Below are positions 36,857 through 48,880 of a stretch of DNA of 64,000 bases, piece by piece. Numbering within the stretch: the first letter of the stretch is position 1; each line of letters starts with the position of its first letter. Source of the DNA: Macrostomum lignano (lineage: Eukaryota); assembly GCA_002269645.1 (NCBI GenBank), contig NIVC01000169.1, positions 434,001 to 498,000 on the forward strand, written 5' to 3'. Made by a program: the position numbers and the translations under genes. The notes under the pieces are model-generated. The model had not been told where the DNA came from and ran no database searches. It worked only from the letters and a program-made list of their open reading frames with translations.

Positions 36857-39800
36857 CTAATCATTTCCGCCGCCGCCGCCGCCTTCGGCCGTCTTCTTCT
36901 CCAGTTGGTCGAGAAATTTTGCACGCCGTTGACGCAAATCTTCGACAGGGGCGACAGTTGTCGCTTCAGTCCCCGTAGACCCCGTCGTTGTCGTCGTCGT
37001 CGGAGGCCTTCGCTGATCATCCGCCTGACCGAATGCTTCATCCTCGGACAATAGGCTGAGCGCCAGAGCCTGCTGAAGGCTAGCGTCATCTTCGGCAGTC
37101 TGCCGGCTGAGCTCCAGTGCCCGTTGAAGATCCTGGTCGCTGATGGCGGCCGCCTGCGCTCCGGGCGGTCGAGTCTCAGCCAAGGCGCGCTGCAACGAGA
37201 CGTCGCCGCTGTCGTGCAGTTGGCGGCTGATCTCCAGAGCTCGGCGTAGCTCGTCGTCTTCGGCTTCGTCAGCTTGTGCGGCGGCGTAGGGCGGGGCGGC
37301 GGAGGAGGAGCCGGCGCCTTGCCTGGACCGGTTGCGACCTGAAGTTAAGGGGGGCATTTTAAAGGCGTTGTAATGGCTAAGGATCAGGTTCAAGAACTAA
37401 GCTCGGGCTGTTAGATCAGGTTCAAGAACTAAGCTCGGGCTGTTAGATCAGGTTCAAGAACTAAGCTCAGGCTGTTAGATCAGGTTCAAGAACTAAGCTC
37501 AGGCTGTTAGATCAGGTTCAAGAACTAAGCTCAGGCTGTTAGATCAGGTTCAAGAACTAAGCTCAGGCTGTTAGATCAGGTTCAAGAACTAAGCTCAGGC
37601 TGTTAGATCAGGTTCAAGAACTAAGCTCAGGCTGTTAGATCAGGTTCAAGAACTAAGCTCGGGCTGTTAGTTCAGGTTTAGGGACTAAGCTCGGGCTGTT
37701 AGTTCAGGTTCAGGGACTAAGCTCGGGCTGTTAGTTCAGGTTCAGGGACTAAGCTCAGGCTGTTGGTTCAGGAAAAGCGACAGTTTAGAAATCAGGAACG
37801 ATTCTCAGATCTAAGAAGTTGCGGTATCTCACCAGGAGCTCTGAGAAGTTTTGGTCGCTCCCGCTGGACAGCAGGTGTCACCGACAGCACCTGGTCGGCT
37901 TCGCAAAGCGGTAGACTGCCAACTACAATAAATATAGTGTAGCCTTCCTGGCGCAACTGAGCCAAAAACAATGTCAAATAGGACTCGGAGATGAGCTCCG
38001 GCCCGCTGAGCAGGCTATTTAAATTAAACCACTGAGAGCCTAGACGACGAATAGTGAACCAGTGCTCGCGAAAGTTGCAAATGTAAGCCGACACCGCTGT
38101 TGGATCATCTCGGGCCCGCTGGGCTGTTGGGTGGTCGCGTTTGCTTAACGGCACCAGCTCCAGGTCCCACACGGCTAGAGCGCTGGCCAGCACCTGTAGA
38201 TAATCAATGGTTAGAGATAGTCACGGGTGGGATTTTGAGATTTACTTTAAAATAGTGTGACAGACTTGCATTGTCCTGCCTCAATTTAAGATACAGTCAA
38301 GCTCGGGCTTTATTGTATCTATCAGACAGGCTTTGAGACACAGGGACAGGCTTTGAGAGTCAGGGACAGGCTCGGAGACAGACAGGGACAGGCTTTGAGA
38401 CAGACAGGGACAGGCTTTGAGACAGACAGGGACAGGCTTTGAGACACAGGGACAGGCTTTGAGAGTCAGGGACAGGCTCGGAGACAGACAGCGACAGGTT
38501 TTGAGACAGACATGGACAGGCTTTGAGACAGACAGGGACAGGTTTTTAGACAGACAGGGACAGGTTTTGAGACAGACATTCAGGGAAAGGCTTTGAGACA
38601 GACAGGGACAGGCTTTGAGACAGTCAGGGACAGGCTTTGAGACAGTCAGCGACAAGCTTTGAGAGTCAGGGACAGGCTCGGAGACAGACAGGGACAGGCT
38701 TTTAGACAGACAGGGACAGGCTCGGAGACAGACAAGGACAGGCTCGGAGACAGACAGGGACAGGTTTTTAGACAGACAGGGACAGGCTCGGAGACAGTCA
38801 GCGACAAGCTTTGAGAGACAGGGACAGGCTCGGAGACAGACAGGGACAGGCTTTGAGACAGACAGGGACAGGCTTTAAGACAGAGTCAGGGACAGGCTTT
38901 AAGACAGACAGTCAGCGACAAGCTTTGAGAGTCAGGGACAGGCTTTGAGACAGATAAGAGTTGGGCAGTAATTACAGTGTATAAGCCGACTAAAAGCCCA
39001 CCTGCACAGAGAAGAAGCCGCTATCATCCATATTAGACGAGCCCTGTTGAACAAATTGTTGATATTCTTCTGTCTCAACGCCTCGCGCGGCCATATGCTC
39101 CCGCTCGGCCTGGTCCATCTCGTTGGCGATAGCGCCCAGATCCACAGCGGTGAAGTAGGAGCTCTGCAGCAGGGCGTTCAGGCAGTGCTGGGCGCACAGC
39201 GAGCCGTCTTGCTGTTTAATGGGTGGATGAAGAAAATAAAATAAGTAGGTAGATTAGCGAAGTCCATGTCCAATTCTGACTACTGATAGAATTTAATTCA
39301 ACCAGTAGTCATAACTGTCCCAGGCACAAGACAAAAAATCTATCGAAATGCAAGAATTCTAAGAGCACTGATTTATTAACATTTTCTACTGATTTCGTGG
39401 TTGACAAAAGTACACTGAGTTATTAGATTTTCATTGCAACTATAATAATAAAGCAGTAAAACTACTCGCTACTGAACTTCATGTATTTTTTATTCAGCTT
39501 TACTAAAAGTTAGCTCAAATTTCTTTTTTAGACTAAACTTGTTGAAAAATCGACTACATTATGTTGGAATTTGACTCGAGTTGGATAGCCTATTGTATCA
39601 AGAAGTGTACTACATACTATGCAAGTAGATGACAAACAGTTATTCAAAATTGCAAAAAGCCAGGTAAATTTGTTTTTTACCAATAGTGCATTTTCACATA
39701 GGTAATTTTTTACAATTATTTTTTTGCATTTAATAATAAAAAGGTTTATACAAAGCAACATATACACTTTTTAAGCATGAATTATTAAATGATTCCTGCC

Positions 39801-42800
39801 TTACTGTGAGTCAAAATAGCTTGTCATTTATTTACCTAGCTATATAGTTTTTTTATTTAAGATATTTATACTTTATATAATATAGAAATATTCACTATAA
39901 ATAAAAATCATTATATATTGATTAACTCAACACCTTTGGCCCTAAAACATGTATATAAATCTGATATTAGAAGCTTTGTGATAAACCTATTTATCAAGCA
40001 GAAGGATTGCTAGCTAAATAATAATAAGTTTATTTGATTAGCAGTTGGGCGGGACTGTAAGCTAAGATAAATAGCAACATGATAATTTATATGTCAATGC
40101 TTTTTCAGCCTCTCAAAATAAGAAAAAATAAGGAGATTCTAGAACCACTTTTAGACACTAGTGATTATCTTGGAAAACTTTCCTGTGCTATCCCATTACT
40201 ACTATTCTTGCTAGGACCTAACTGCTTCAATGGCCAATATGATAAACAGACCAAAATTTTTGCAATGCTGCTTAGTAATAGTAACAGTTATTGTTGTTTT
40301 AACTAATTAATAAAAATAAGAATACGAGCTATTAAATAATAAAAATAAGGATATAGTCCTTAAAAATAGGGAGAATAAGGAGACAAAGTCCAAAATAAAA
40401 AGAAATAAGGAGAATAAAAAGACAAAGTTCAAAATAAGGAAAAAAAATAAAGAGAATTTAAAGAGACTGGTGACACCCTATATTTAATTTAACTATGTTA
40501 GTGTCAGACTCCCAGCTTAAAGTTTGAAGGTTTAATTCTTAATCACATTGCTATTGGAACAATTTGTGTCTTTGAACAAGATACTTAATTCTATATTACT
40601 TTAGTTTACCTAGTTATAAAATAGGTACTAGAATTAGCTAGGATAATTAAGAGAGTAGCCATTCCTTAGTCTTTAAGGAAATCTTTGAGATGATCTTAGG
40701 TTAGGTAAAATAATCTTGAACTTATAAATGCTAAATTATACTTTTGTTTAACAAAACTATAACTGCAAATATTGCATAATATTAATATGCCTAGTAATTG
40801 ATGAGTATAGTAATGGTAATCTTAGCCTAACAAGAAAGAAAAAAGCAAAGTAACTTGTCATTAAAATGAATGGCCCTAAAATGGCTGTCACCAAGCTTAC
40901 TGTCATTGAAATAAGTAAAGTAATCCTAGAAATATAATTTTTGAAGTTTAGGATAAGCTTACCTTTAACATACATGTGCAACCTTGGGAATCACTTAGCC
41001 ATTTCTATTGGCAACATACACTTGTAAGTCGCTATTGGCTGAGAGCAGTCATATGACTACCATTCTGTCCAATAGCAACTTAAATGTGTGTGTGTTGCCA
41101 ATAGAAATGGCCAGGTGAATCCCTATATTGCACCCAAGCATGACCTTTTAAAGCTTAGTAATATAATTTTTAGTACAAAACTATAAACAAAAAATATTTC
41201 ATATTTAGCAATATTCAAAATTGCCATCCTAGAGGCTTGGCAAAGCAATTGACTAGCTTATTAATATTGCAATGGTAATAGTCCATATTAATATCAACCA
41301 TTTCAGTAATAGCTACTTTGGATTTGGTAACAAGTGAGAATAATAGTGGGCCTATATGAGGTACATAGTCAAGTTTAGTTATATAGATTGATTGATATGC
41401 TCCAAAAAAATATGCAATTAACCAAATAAAAAGAAAGACAAAAAATTATTTGAGATACTTTCTTGTACACTTTGAGAGATTTTAATTGATGCAGAAAACT
41501 ACTTGTTTAAAAGTGTTTGAACCATTTTTCTAGGTGTACCAAAAGTATATATACCAAAGATTTCCTATATTTTTTTTATAATATACATTATTAAGACCAA
41601 AAATATACATTAGAATCTTTGAGTTAGCAACTTGAAATTACAGAATCCAATTATAGTATTATAGTACAGTAATTACAATATATATTACTAATAGTATTAA
41701 TTATAGTACTATTAAGTAATAACATAATATTTTAAAATTTCACTTTTCAAGAGGTACATTGCTTAATTTTCTTTGTTTTCAAATTTTTTACAAAATTAGG
41801 CCTAACATACAAGTTTAAACAAATTATAATACAGTTTAACTAGAAAATTTAACACATGTAACAATAAAATATTTAATGCCAATTATTAAACTTATTGTTG
41901 TTAAAGTTAACTACCATAAAGATATAGTGTTGACCTAATAGTGCTTTATCCCCCCATAGTCAGGAAGGTGGCCTCTAAGGGGGAAAATTCCTGCACACAC
42001 AAAGGGTCTTGGCGCACATTGGCGCACAAGCGTGGTACACACAAGGGGTCCTTGGCGAAATTGGCGCACAATCATGGCGTACACTGAGGTCCCTAGCGCA
42101 TGCGGCGCATAATTGCAACGCATAAAGTCCCTGACATGCATGAAAATTGTAATGCAAATTAACAATTTTACATAAAATAAAGGAGATTTATATAGTCTAG
42201 AAAGTCAGTGATAAACCTTTTGCTTCTTTAAAATTTAACAGTAAATAAAATTAGTATAAATTATCGCTATAAACTTCAATTTTGCATTACTCTATTTGTA
42301 GGTAGGCTATAATTTAAGTTTGGTTAAGGCTCATTCCATATAAGCATGGTCGTAACATGACAGGCTATTTTTACTTATAAAATGAAATATAATAATAGAA
42401 TATACTAAACCAATATTTTAAATGAAAGATAATTTTGTCAAAAATATTTTTATAGAGTTTCATGTAGATATCATCATTAGTATAGATGCTATTAAACCTT
42501 GAATGGCACTTATGGTCGTAACAACAGGATTTTTGACATATAGAAACTAAAAGGTAAAAGTCTTATAACATTTTTATTTTTGATATTTTGCAATACATTT
42601 TTTAAAATTTGACTCAGAACATCTTTAGTAATCATACTCTTTTTGTAGAATATATAAACTCAAAAAGGCAACAAAGATACAAAAGAAAAGGCAGCCTTAT
42701 GGTCGTAACATTATGGTCGTAACATATTTTTTTCTGTCAATTCAGTAACTTTGAGGTACCAATATATTAAAAATATAATAGATTATTTGGTCACCAATAC

Positions 42801-43572
42801 TTTTATCTGATGATGCAAGTACTATACTTTTATCTATAGTTTGTTTCAACCTTCCAAAGCTTTCTATTTGTTTTTAAAAGGTACACAAACTTAATGATGT
42901 CTTTTGCTTAGAAAAATGTCTAAATTTTTACAAAAATGACTTTTTGCCACTTGATAGCATACTAATCTAACATTTTATCATTCATTTATTCTTAGATTGT
43001 AGATATTACACATAAAAAACATTTGGTAAAAAAATTGGCTGATAAGGCAATGGCAAGCAAAAATATTGACTTTTTTCTATTTTCCAAAAATGTCCATCTT
43101 ATATGGAATGAGCCTTAAAATGAAAATCTGTGTAACATTTTAAAAAGGCTTTTTGTACGAAGGCCTTTCTTAGAAAACTCTACTCGTGAAGAATGGCGCA
43201 CAGACGGTGCACAGACAGCACAAAAATGGCACATAGACGGCGCATAGATGGCGCACAAATTGTCCCAACAAATTTTTCTGGCACACACTGTGCCACCTTC
43301 CTGACTATGGTTATTACCTAAATGGCAATTACCAAAGTGGTTGTTATTGAAACCAAAGCCAGAAGGGTCATTTTTTGTTATTCATGCAATATCTCATTAT
43401 AACAATAGCTTTATATGTTATTTATAGCTATAGGCCTATTTTACTTTTTCTTTTTAAAAACTCATTTTGTCTACTGATGACAAAAAGTGGCAAACAAAAT
43501 GACCCTATACCATTATAAATAAACACCAAGAAAGACTCACATCCTTACCTGCTCATGAAATATACTCTCCAT
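36857..43572 (-). CDS. ATXN3: Ataxin-3 (Josephin deubiquitinase with UIMs), 4 exons
   Basis: Exons 43572..43549 (MESIFHEQ), 39211..39002 (QDGSLCAQHCLN..MDDSGFFSVQ), 38193..37833 (EHWFTIR, WFNLNS) and 37338..36857 (UIMs, LRQRRAKFL); phases 0, 0, 1. Confidence 0.95.
37380..37770. repeat. 32-bp minisatellite in ATXN3 intron 3
   Basis: GTTAGATCAGGTTCAAGAACTAAGCTCAGGCT, about 12 units. Confidence 0.95.
38325..38955. repeat. ~22-bp minisatellite in ATXN3 intron 2
   Basis: GAGACAGACAGGGACAGGCTTT variants. Confidence 0.93.
40976..41133. mobile_element. Foldback/hairpin element (MITE-like)
   Basis: GTGCAACCTTGGGAATCACTTAGCCATTTCTATTGGCAAC.. is inversely repeated as ..GTTGCCAATAGAAATGGCCAGGTGAATCCCTATATTGCAC. 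Confidence 0.6.
41954..43310. mobile_element. Non-autonomous TIR element (19-bp TIR CCATAGTCAGGAAGGTGGC)
   Basis: Perfect inverted repeats at 41954..41972 and 43292..43310; TGGCGCACA subterminal motifs at both ends; no TSD seen. Confidence 0.7.
42328..43114. mobile_element. TTAA-targeting MITE (Kolobok-like, GG termini) nested in the previous element
   Basis: TTAA|GGCTCATTCCATATAAG(C)ATGG ... CCATCTTATATGGAATGAGCC|TTAA; internal ATGGTCGTAAC motif four times. Confidence 0.8.
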
Positions 43573-44532
43573 TTGAAAATATATTATAGGATTGTAGTCT
43601 ATTGGGTTTTAAAACAATTTTAAAAGGGAGCTTTACTTTAGCCTTAGGGCCTACTCTTGAGATTAGCCTAAAACAGACCTAGATCAAACTTATACTGATG
43701 GATTTTTAATAAATAAATAATATAATATTAGTCTAGTTGATGAAGCCTACTGATTTGAAAAATCAATGCTAGAACTCTAAGACAATATTTTAGATCAAAG
43801 ATCATTTAGCATTAGTAGTACTATTAGTAGGGCTACAATTATTTGAAGTAAATTTTGAAATAGGCCAATGCCAATGGCAATGAACTTAGAACGTAGAACA
43901 TAGACTAAAAACGATACACAGGCAATAAAAGCTGAAGAAATAATTTTTCCTGTTGACTTAAAAAATCTCGATACCAATGGAAAAAACTGTATATTTTAAT
44001 GATGGTCTCGATGAAAGATTTAACGTTTAAAGATGAGCTTGGATCTAAATCTAACCGTAACCTATTTCACAGAAAAGCCCGTACGTAATATTTAAAACAA
44101 CATGTAAAAGATTAAGTAAATAAAACAAATAGAATGATTTTGATCTTTTTGCTAATTATATAGGTAAACAATTTTAGAGCCACGAAAAGTTTTTATTATG
44201 CATTGCATCAAACATTTTTTGTTCTATTTACTAAATAATTCGTATTTCAATATGTCAAGTTTCGTCCATTTTTTGTAGTTTTTCGGGCTTAGCTCTTTAA
44301 TAGTTAAGTTTAAAACTGTTAAAACACTACAAATTTCACTTTACCAGCCAGCTGCCGACTACGAAGGGATACTTTAACATTGTATAACAAAAAATTGCAC
44401 TTAAAACTGTATTTCTTAAAATTATCCAGTTCTACTAGTATTTTTTCTAGAATTATACATCGTTCTTCATTAAATTTCAAATCATCAGTTCTATTAAACA
44501 ATTTTAACTTACAAAAGAAACTATCGAGAACA

Positions 44533-47227
44533 ATGAGCCACAACATACAGAAAGATAGTGGCTTTGAGCCATTTAAAGGTATCGATACTTTAGCTACTCA
44601 TGCTGGTTACAATCCCAGAGAGCACGAGTCATTAAGTTGCCCTGCCATTCCACCAATCTCGCTTTCAACAACATTCTATCAGAAGGCACCTGGAGAACAT
44701 TTTGTGAGTTTTTCATAAAATCAATGCATTTAGTTCTACCTGAATGAAAATGTACTCGTGGTAGCACAGAAATAGATAGCCCAAAGTATAGATGTATGTA
44801 TAATTGTTATAATGTATATTAATTGAAGTTATACTAGGCTATAATTGTATTATTAAATAATAAATAACAATGCAATCATAAAGAAAATATTTCTTATATG
44901 CATTTCTTTTCTAAGAGAAAAAATTATAGGCAGAAGTCCAACAGTTTATATTATGTTAGCAATTAGTAATAAAGAGACTAAATATGTATTATCTTGTTCT
45001 CTAAAACTAATCCCATGGGGCTAAAAGATTCATCCTTAGTCTTTACCTATCCACTTTGTAGTAACTAGGATAACCAATAGTAGTAACATTCAATTTATTT
45101 AGAGTAGCTAAAAAGAAACATTTGATAAACTGTTTTCCATATCAGGGATTTGACTACTCTCGGGCTGGTAATCCAACGCGTGATTTCTTAGAAAAAGCCC
45201 TCGCCACCTTGGAAGGTGCCAGATTTGCTGCTGCATTTAGTAGCGGTCTGGCTGTCCAATCAGCGCTTGTTCAGCAACTCAAGTCTGGAGACAGTGTCAT
45301 CTGCAATGATGATGTGTATGGTGGTGAGTTAATTCAGCTAATAAGATGGCTTTACAGTTACCTCTACTGTTTACCCATTATGCATACATGCGCAACCCCC
45401 CTCCCCTATGGTTTACACTGGCTGTGCGTGTGCGACGTACTTTTTGACCAAAATGCAACTTACCTATGAAAAAAGCTCAAGCAAAATTAACGTAATTTTG
45501 GGTAAACGGCAGGAGTAACTATAACCGTATTAATAAGGCGTAATGCATCGTCATCTAGTTAGTACTACCTCTTTCGGGTGGACATTTTTGCGACTTTTCT
45601 TGGCTGGTTTTTTTGACGGGCGAATATAATATTAAGCTTGACTAAATTAAGCTCTTAACAAAATTTATTGCCTTTAAATAAATAGTCGATACTCTGGCTG
45701 AATTACAGGTACCAACCGGTATTTCCGCACCATATCATCCAATGCTGGCATCAAAACACACTTCGTTAACCTGGCCACCGACTTGCCGGGCCTAGCCAAA
45801 TGCTTGCAAAGCGACTCGGCTGTTCGCATGGTTTGGATTGAGACGCCAACTAATCCGTTGATGAAGCTGATTGATGTTCGAGCAGTTTCCGAAGCAGTTA
45901 AAAAAGTAAACAAGGATATTCTAGTGGTGTGCGACAACACATTCTTATCGCCAGTGTTTCAGGTAGAAATAATTACTTGAATGTTTTCGATTTCTGTACC
46001 TTCAGCGATTCTATAGATTTAATAAATATTTACTATTTAAGCGTCCATTGGAACTCGGCGCAGACGTTGTCATGCACTCGATGACCAAGTACATTAATGG
46101 TGAGCATAGTAGCAATATAAATTATTGCATATGACTCCTACGCGTGATAGGCCCTAGTGTCAGTGAAGATTCCCAGGTTCGATTCCGTACATGTAGGTTT
46201 GAAACTCGTTCCCGTTAATCCTAGCCCTAGCTGTATTCTCGTTAATCCTAGCTGTATTCCCGCTAATCCTTGCTGTATTCCCGCTAATCCTTGCTGTATT
46301 CCCGTTAATCCCAGCTGTATTCCCGTTAATCCCAGCTGTATTCCCGCTAATCCTTGCTGTATTCCCGTTAATCCCAGCTGTATTCCTGTTAATCCCAGCT
46401 GTGTTCCCGTTAATCCCAGCTGTATTCCCGTCAATCCGAGCTGTATTCCCGTTAATCCCAGCTGTATTCCTGTCAATCCCAGCTGTGTTCCCGTTAATCC
46501 CAGCTGTATTCTCGTTAATCCTTGCTGTATTCCCGTTAATCACAGCTGCATTCCCGTTAATCCCAGCTGTATTCTCGTTAATCCCAGCTGTATTCCCGAC
46601 AATCCCAACTCAGGCCACAGTGATGTAGTGATGGGCTGCTGCATGACCAACAGCGCCCAGCTGCACGAGTGGCTCACCTACAACCAGAAGTCTGCGGGCG
46701 CCACGCCGTCGCCATTCGACTGCTGGCTGGCGCATCGCGGCCTGCGCACTTTGCCGCTGCGAATGCGACAGCACATGGCCAACGGGCTGGCCGTGGCCCG
46801 CCATCTGGAGGCCAGTCGGCACGTTGACCGGGTGCTGCACCCCGGCCTGGAGTCGCATCCGCAGCACCAGCTGGCCAAGCGTCAGCAGCGCGGCTACTCC
46901 GGCATGGTGTCCGCTTATCTACGCGTCGACGCGTCCGCTTTCGTCTCCGCTCTGCGCCTGTTCACCCTGGCCGAGTCGCTTGGCGGCTTCGAATCTCTGG
47001 CCGAAGTGCCGTCAATAATGACTCACGCCTCCGTGCCGCCCGACCAGCGGGCCGAGCTGGGCATCACGGACTCGTTTGTCCGGCTGTCTGTCGGCCTGGA
47101 AGACATTGACGATTTGCTGGCCGATTTGGACCAGGCGTTGGAGAAGGCCGCTAAACCGGCGACTGGCGACGACGGCGGAGCTGCGTCCGATGCAAAGCGG
47201 CGCAGGACGTCGAAGAATGGCCAGTGA
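44533..47227 (+). CDS. CTH: Cystathionine gamma-lyase, 5 exons, 424 aa
   Basis: Exons 44533..44703, 45146..45323, 45709..45962, 46042..46099 and 46614..47227, phase-consistent. YSRAGNPT, DDVYGGT, WIETPTNP, DNTFLSP, PLP-lysine HSMTKYINGHSD, LAESLGGFESL. Confidence 0.96.
46212..46605. repeat. 21-bp minisatellite in CTH intron 4
   Basis: GTTAATCCCAGCTGTATTCCC units ending about 10 nt before the acceptor. Confidence 0.96.
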
Positions 47228-48244
47228 AAAACTTGTAGGAATGACGTTTCAATTTGGTGCCAAATTTGGTACGTCTCAATAAAACAAACAAAAAAATTAT
47301 ATTGCTCGTTGATAGATGGGATAATATTTGGTTAGTTTTAAATTCTCCAATTTATTGCACCCTTTTCCTCCCTGATGTAGTTTTATCCTCATTATTTACC
47401 TTTCATTATAGGCGTTATTAAAAGAATTATCCGGCGAAATATATAGACTGGTGCTCTTGTCAAAAAACTGCTTTGATAAACAGTCTCATACACCGCCGCC
47501 TGGAAGGGGGTCACGGACGAGGTGCCGGTGGCAGAGGTCTAGAGAGAAAGCTGGAGACTTATGTCGAAAATTATAGCACCAGTCGTGGTATATTTCGCAG
47601 GACACCACCATCGTATATCTGCAGTATATTGTAGTTTTTACTCTGTTCAACCCCCAATATCGGTGGCTTTTTGTCTGTTTTACTTGTTTTGCAGGAGTGT
47701 GCTTCGATTTTATTTCTCGCTTATCCATCGGCAGCCAGCGTCTCTGTTAGCTGCAGGCAATCTGATATCGGTGATTTTTTCTCTCATTAGGTTACTTCTT
47801 TTAAGCTTTTTTTGCTGACTAAAGCTCGCGTAGGACAATTCATATAAAAGTAAAATGCATATTTAATCTTCAATATAGGACTTTGCTGCATAGTGCTGCA
47901 AAAGGTTGAAGGCTTGTATTTTGATAATTGTTCATTTACTTAAAGCAGCAATTTCTAAACAGTACAATTAAAAGGTAAATGAAGAAAATTATTAGAAAAT
48001 GCAGGCACAGTGAACGACAACTAAGATTTTAAATACCATGTATGAATAGTTATGATTGAAATGAATATGCGAGCTCTATTCTTGGAAAATACCAAGTATT
48101 TGATTCACGCGGGCCTCCTGTGACAGTGAATTATGAAGGGAAATTGGATTTCGACTGTCTGGGCAGAAGATTGACAAGGCCTAGAACTTCCCAAAGCCTT
48201 AAAAAGCATTAAATTTCTAAATTTAAACAAAAATTTTTACAAAC

Positions 48245-48715
48245 CCTAAACTTCACAATCCCCAAGCTTTACAATCCCTAAACTTCACAATCCCCAAGCT
48301 TTACAATCCCTAAACTTCACAATCCCCAAGCTTCACAATCCCCAAGCTCCACAATCCCCAAGCTTCACAGTCCTCAAGCTTCACAATCCCCCCCCAAGTT
48401 TCACAATCCCTACACCACAATCCCCAAGCTTCACAATCCCAAGCTTCACAATCCCAAGCTTCACAATCCCTAAGCTTCACAATCCCCAAGCTTCACAATC
48501 CCCCCCCAAGTTTCACAATCCCTACACCACAATCCCCAAGCTTCACAATCCCAAGCTTTACAATCCCTAAGCTTCACAATCCCCAAGCTTCACAATCCCC
48601 AAGCTTCACAATCCCTAAGCTTCACAATCCCCAAGCTTCACAATCCCCAAGCTTCACAATCCCCAATCTTCACAATCCCCAAGCTTCACAATCCCTAAGC
48701 TTCACAATCTCTAAT
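48245..48715. repeat. ~16-bp minisatellite (AAGCTTCACAATCCCC) between the convergent CTH and PAAF1 3' ends
   Basis: Direct reading. Confidence 0.93.
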
Positions 48716-48880
48716 CTTAAAAACTCATAAGGCTCAATTACGCTCGTATTATAAAAACTCAATTACATGTATATTAGGTCTTAAAGAAACGCCTATCGTT
48801 TATCGTCGTTACCATTAACCTTTGGTATTCCTAGCTAGCGGCAACCAAGACACTTAAAAGCAGAAAATTCGTCCAGTTAG

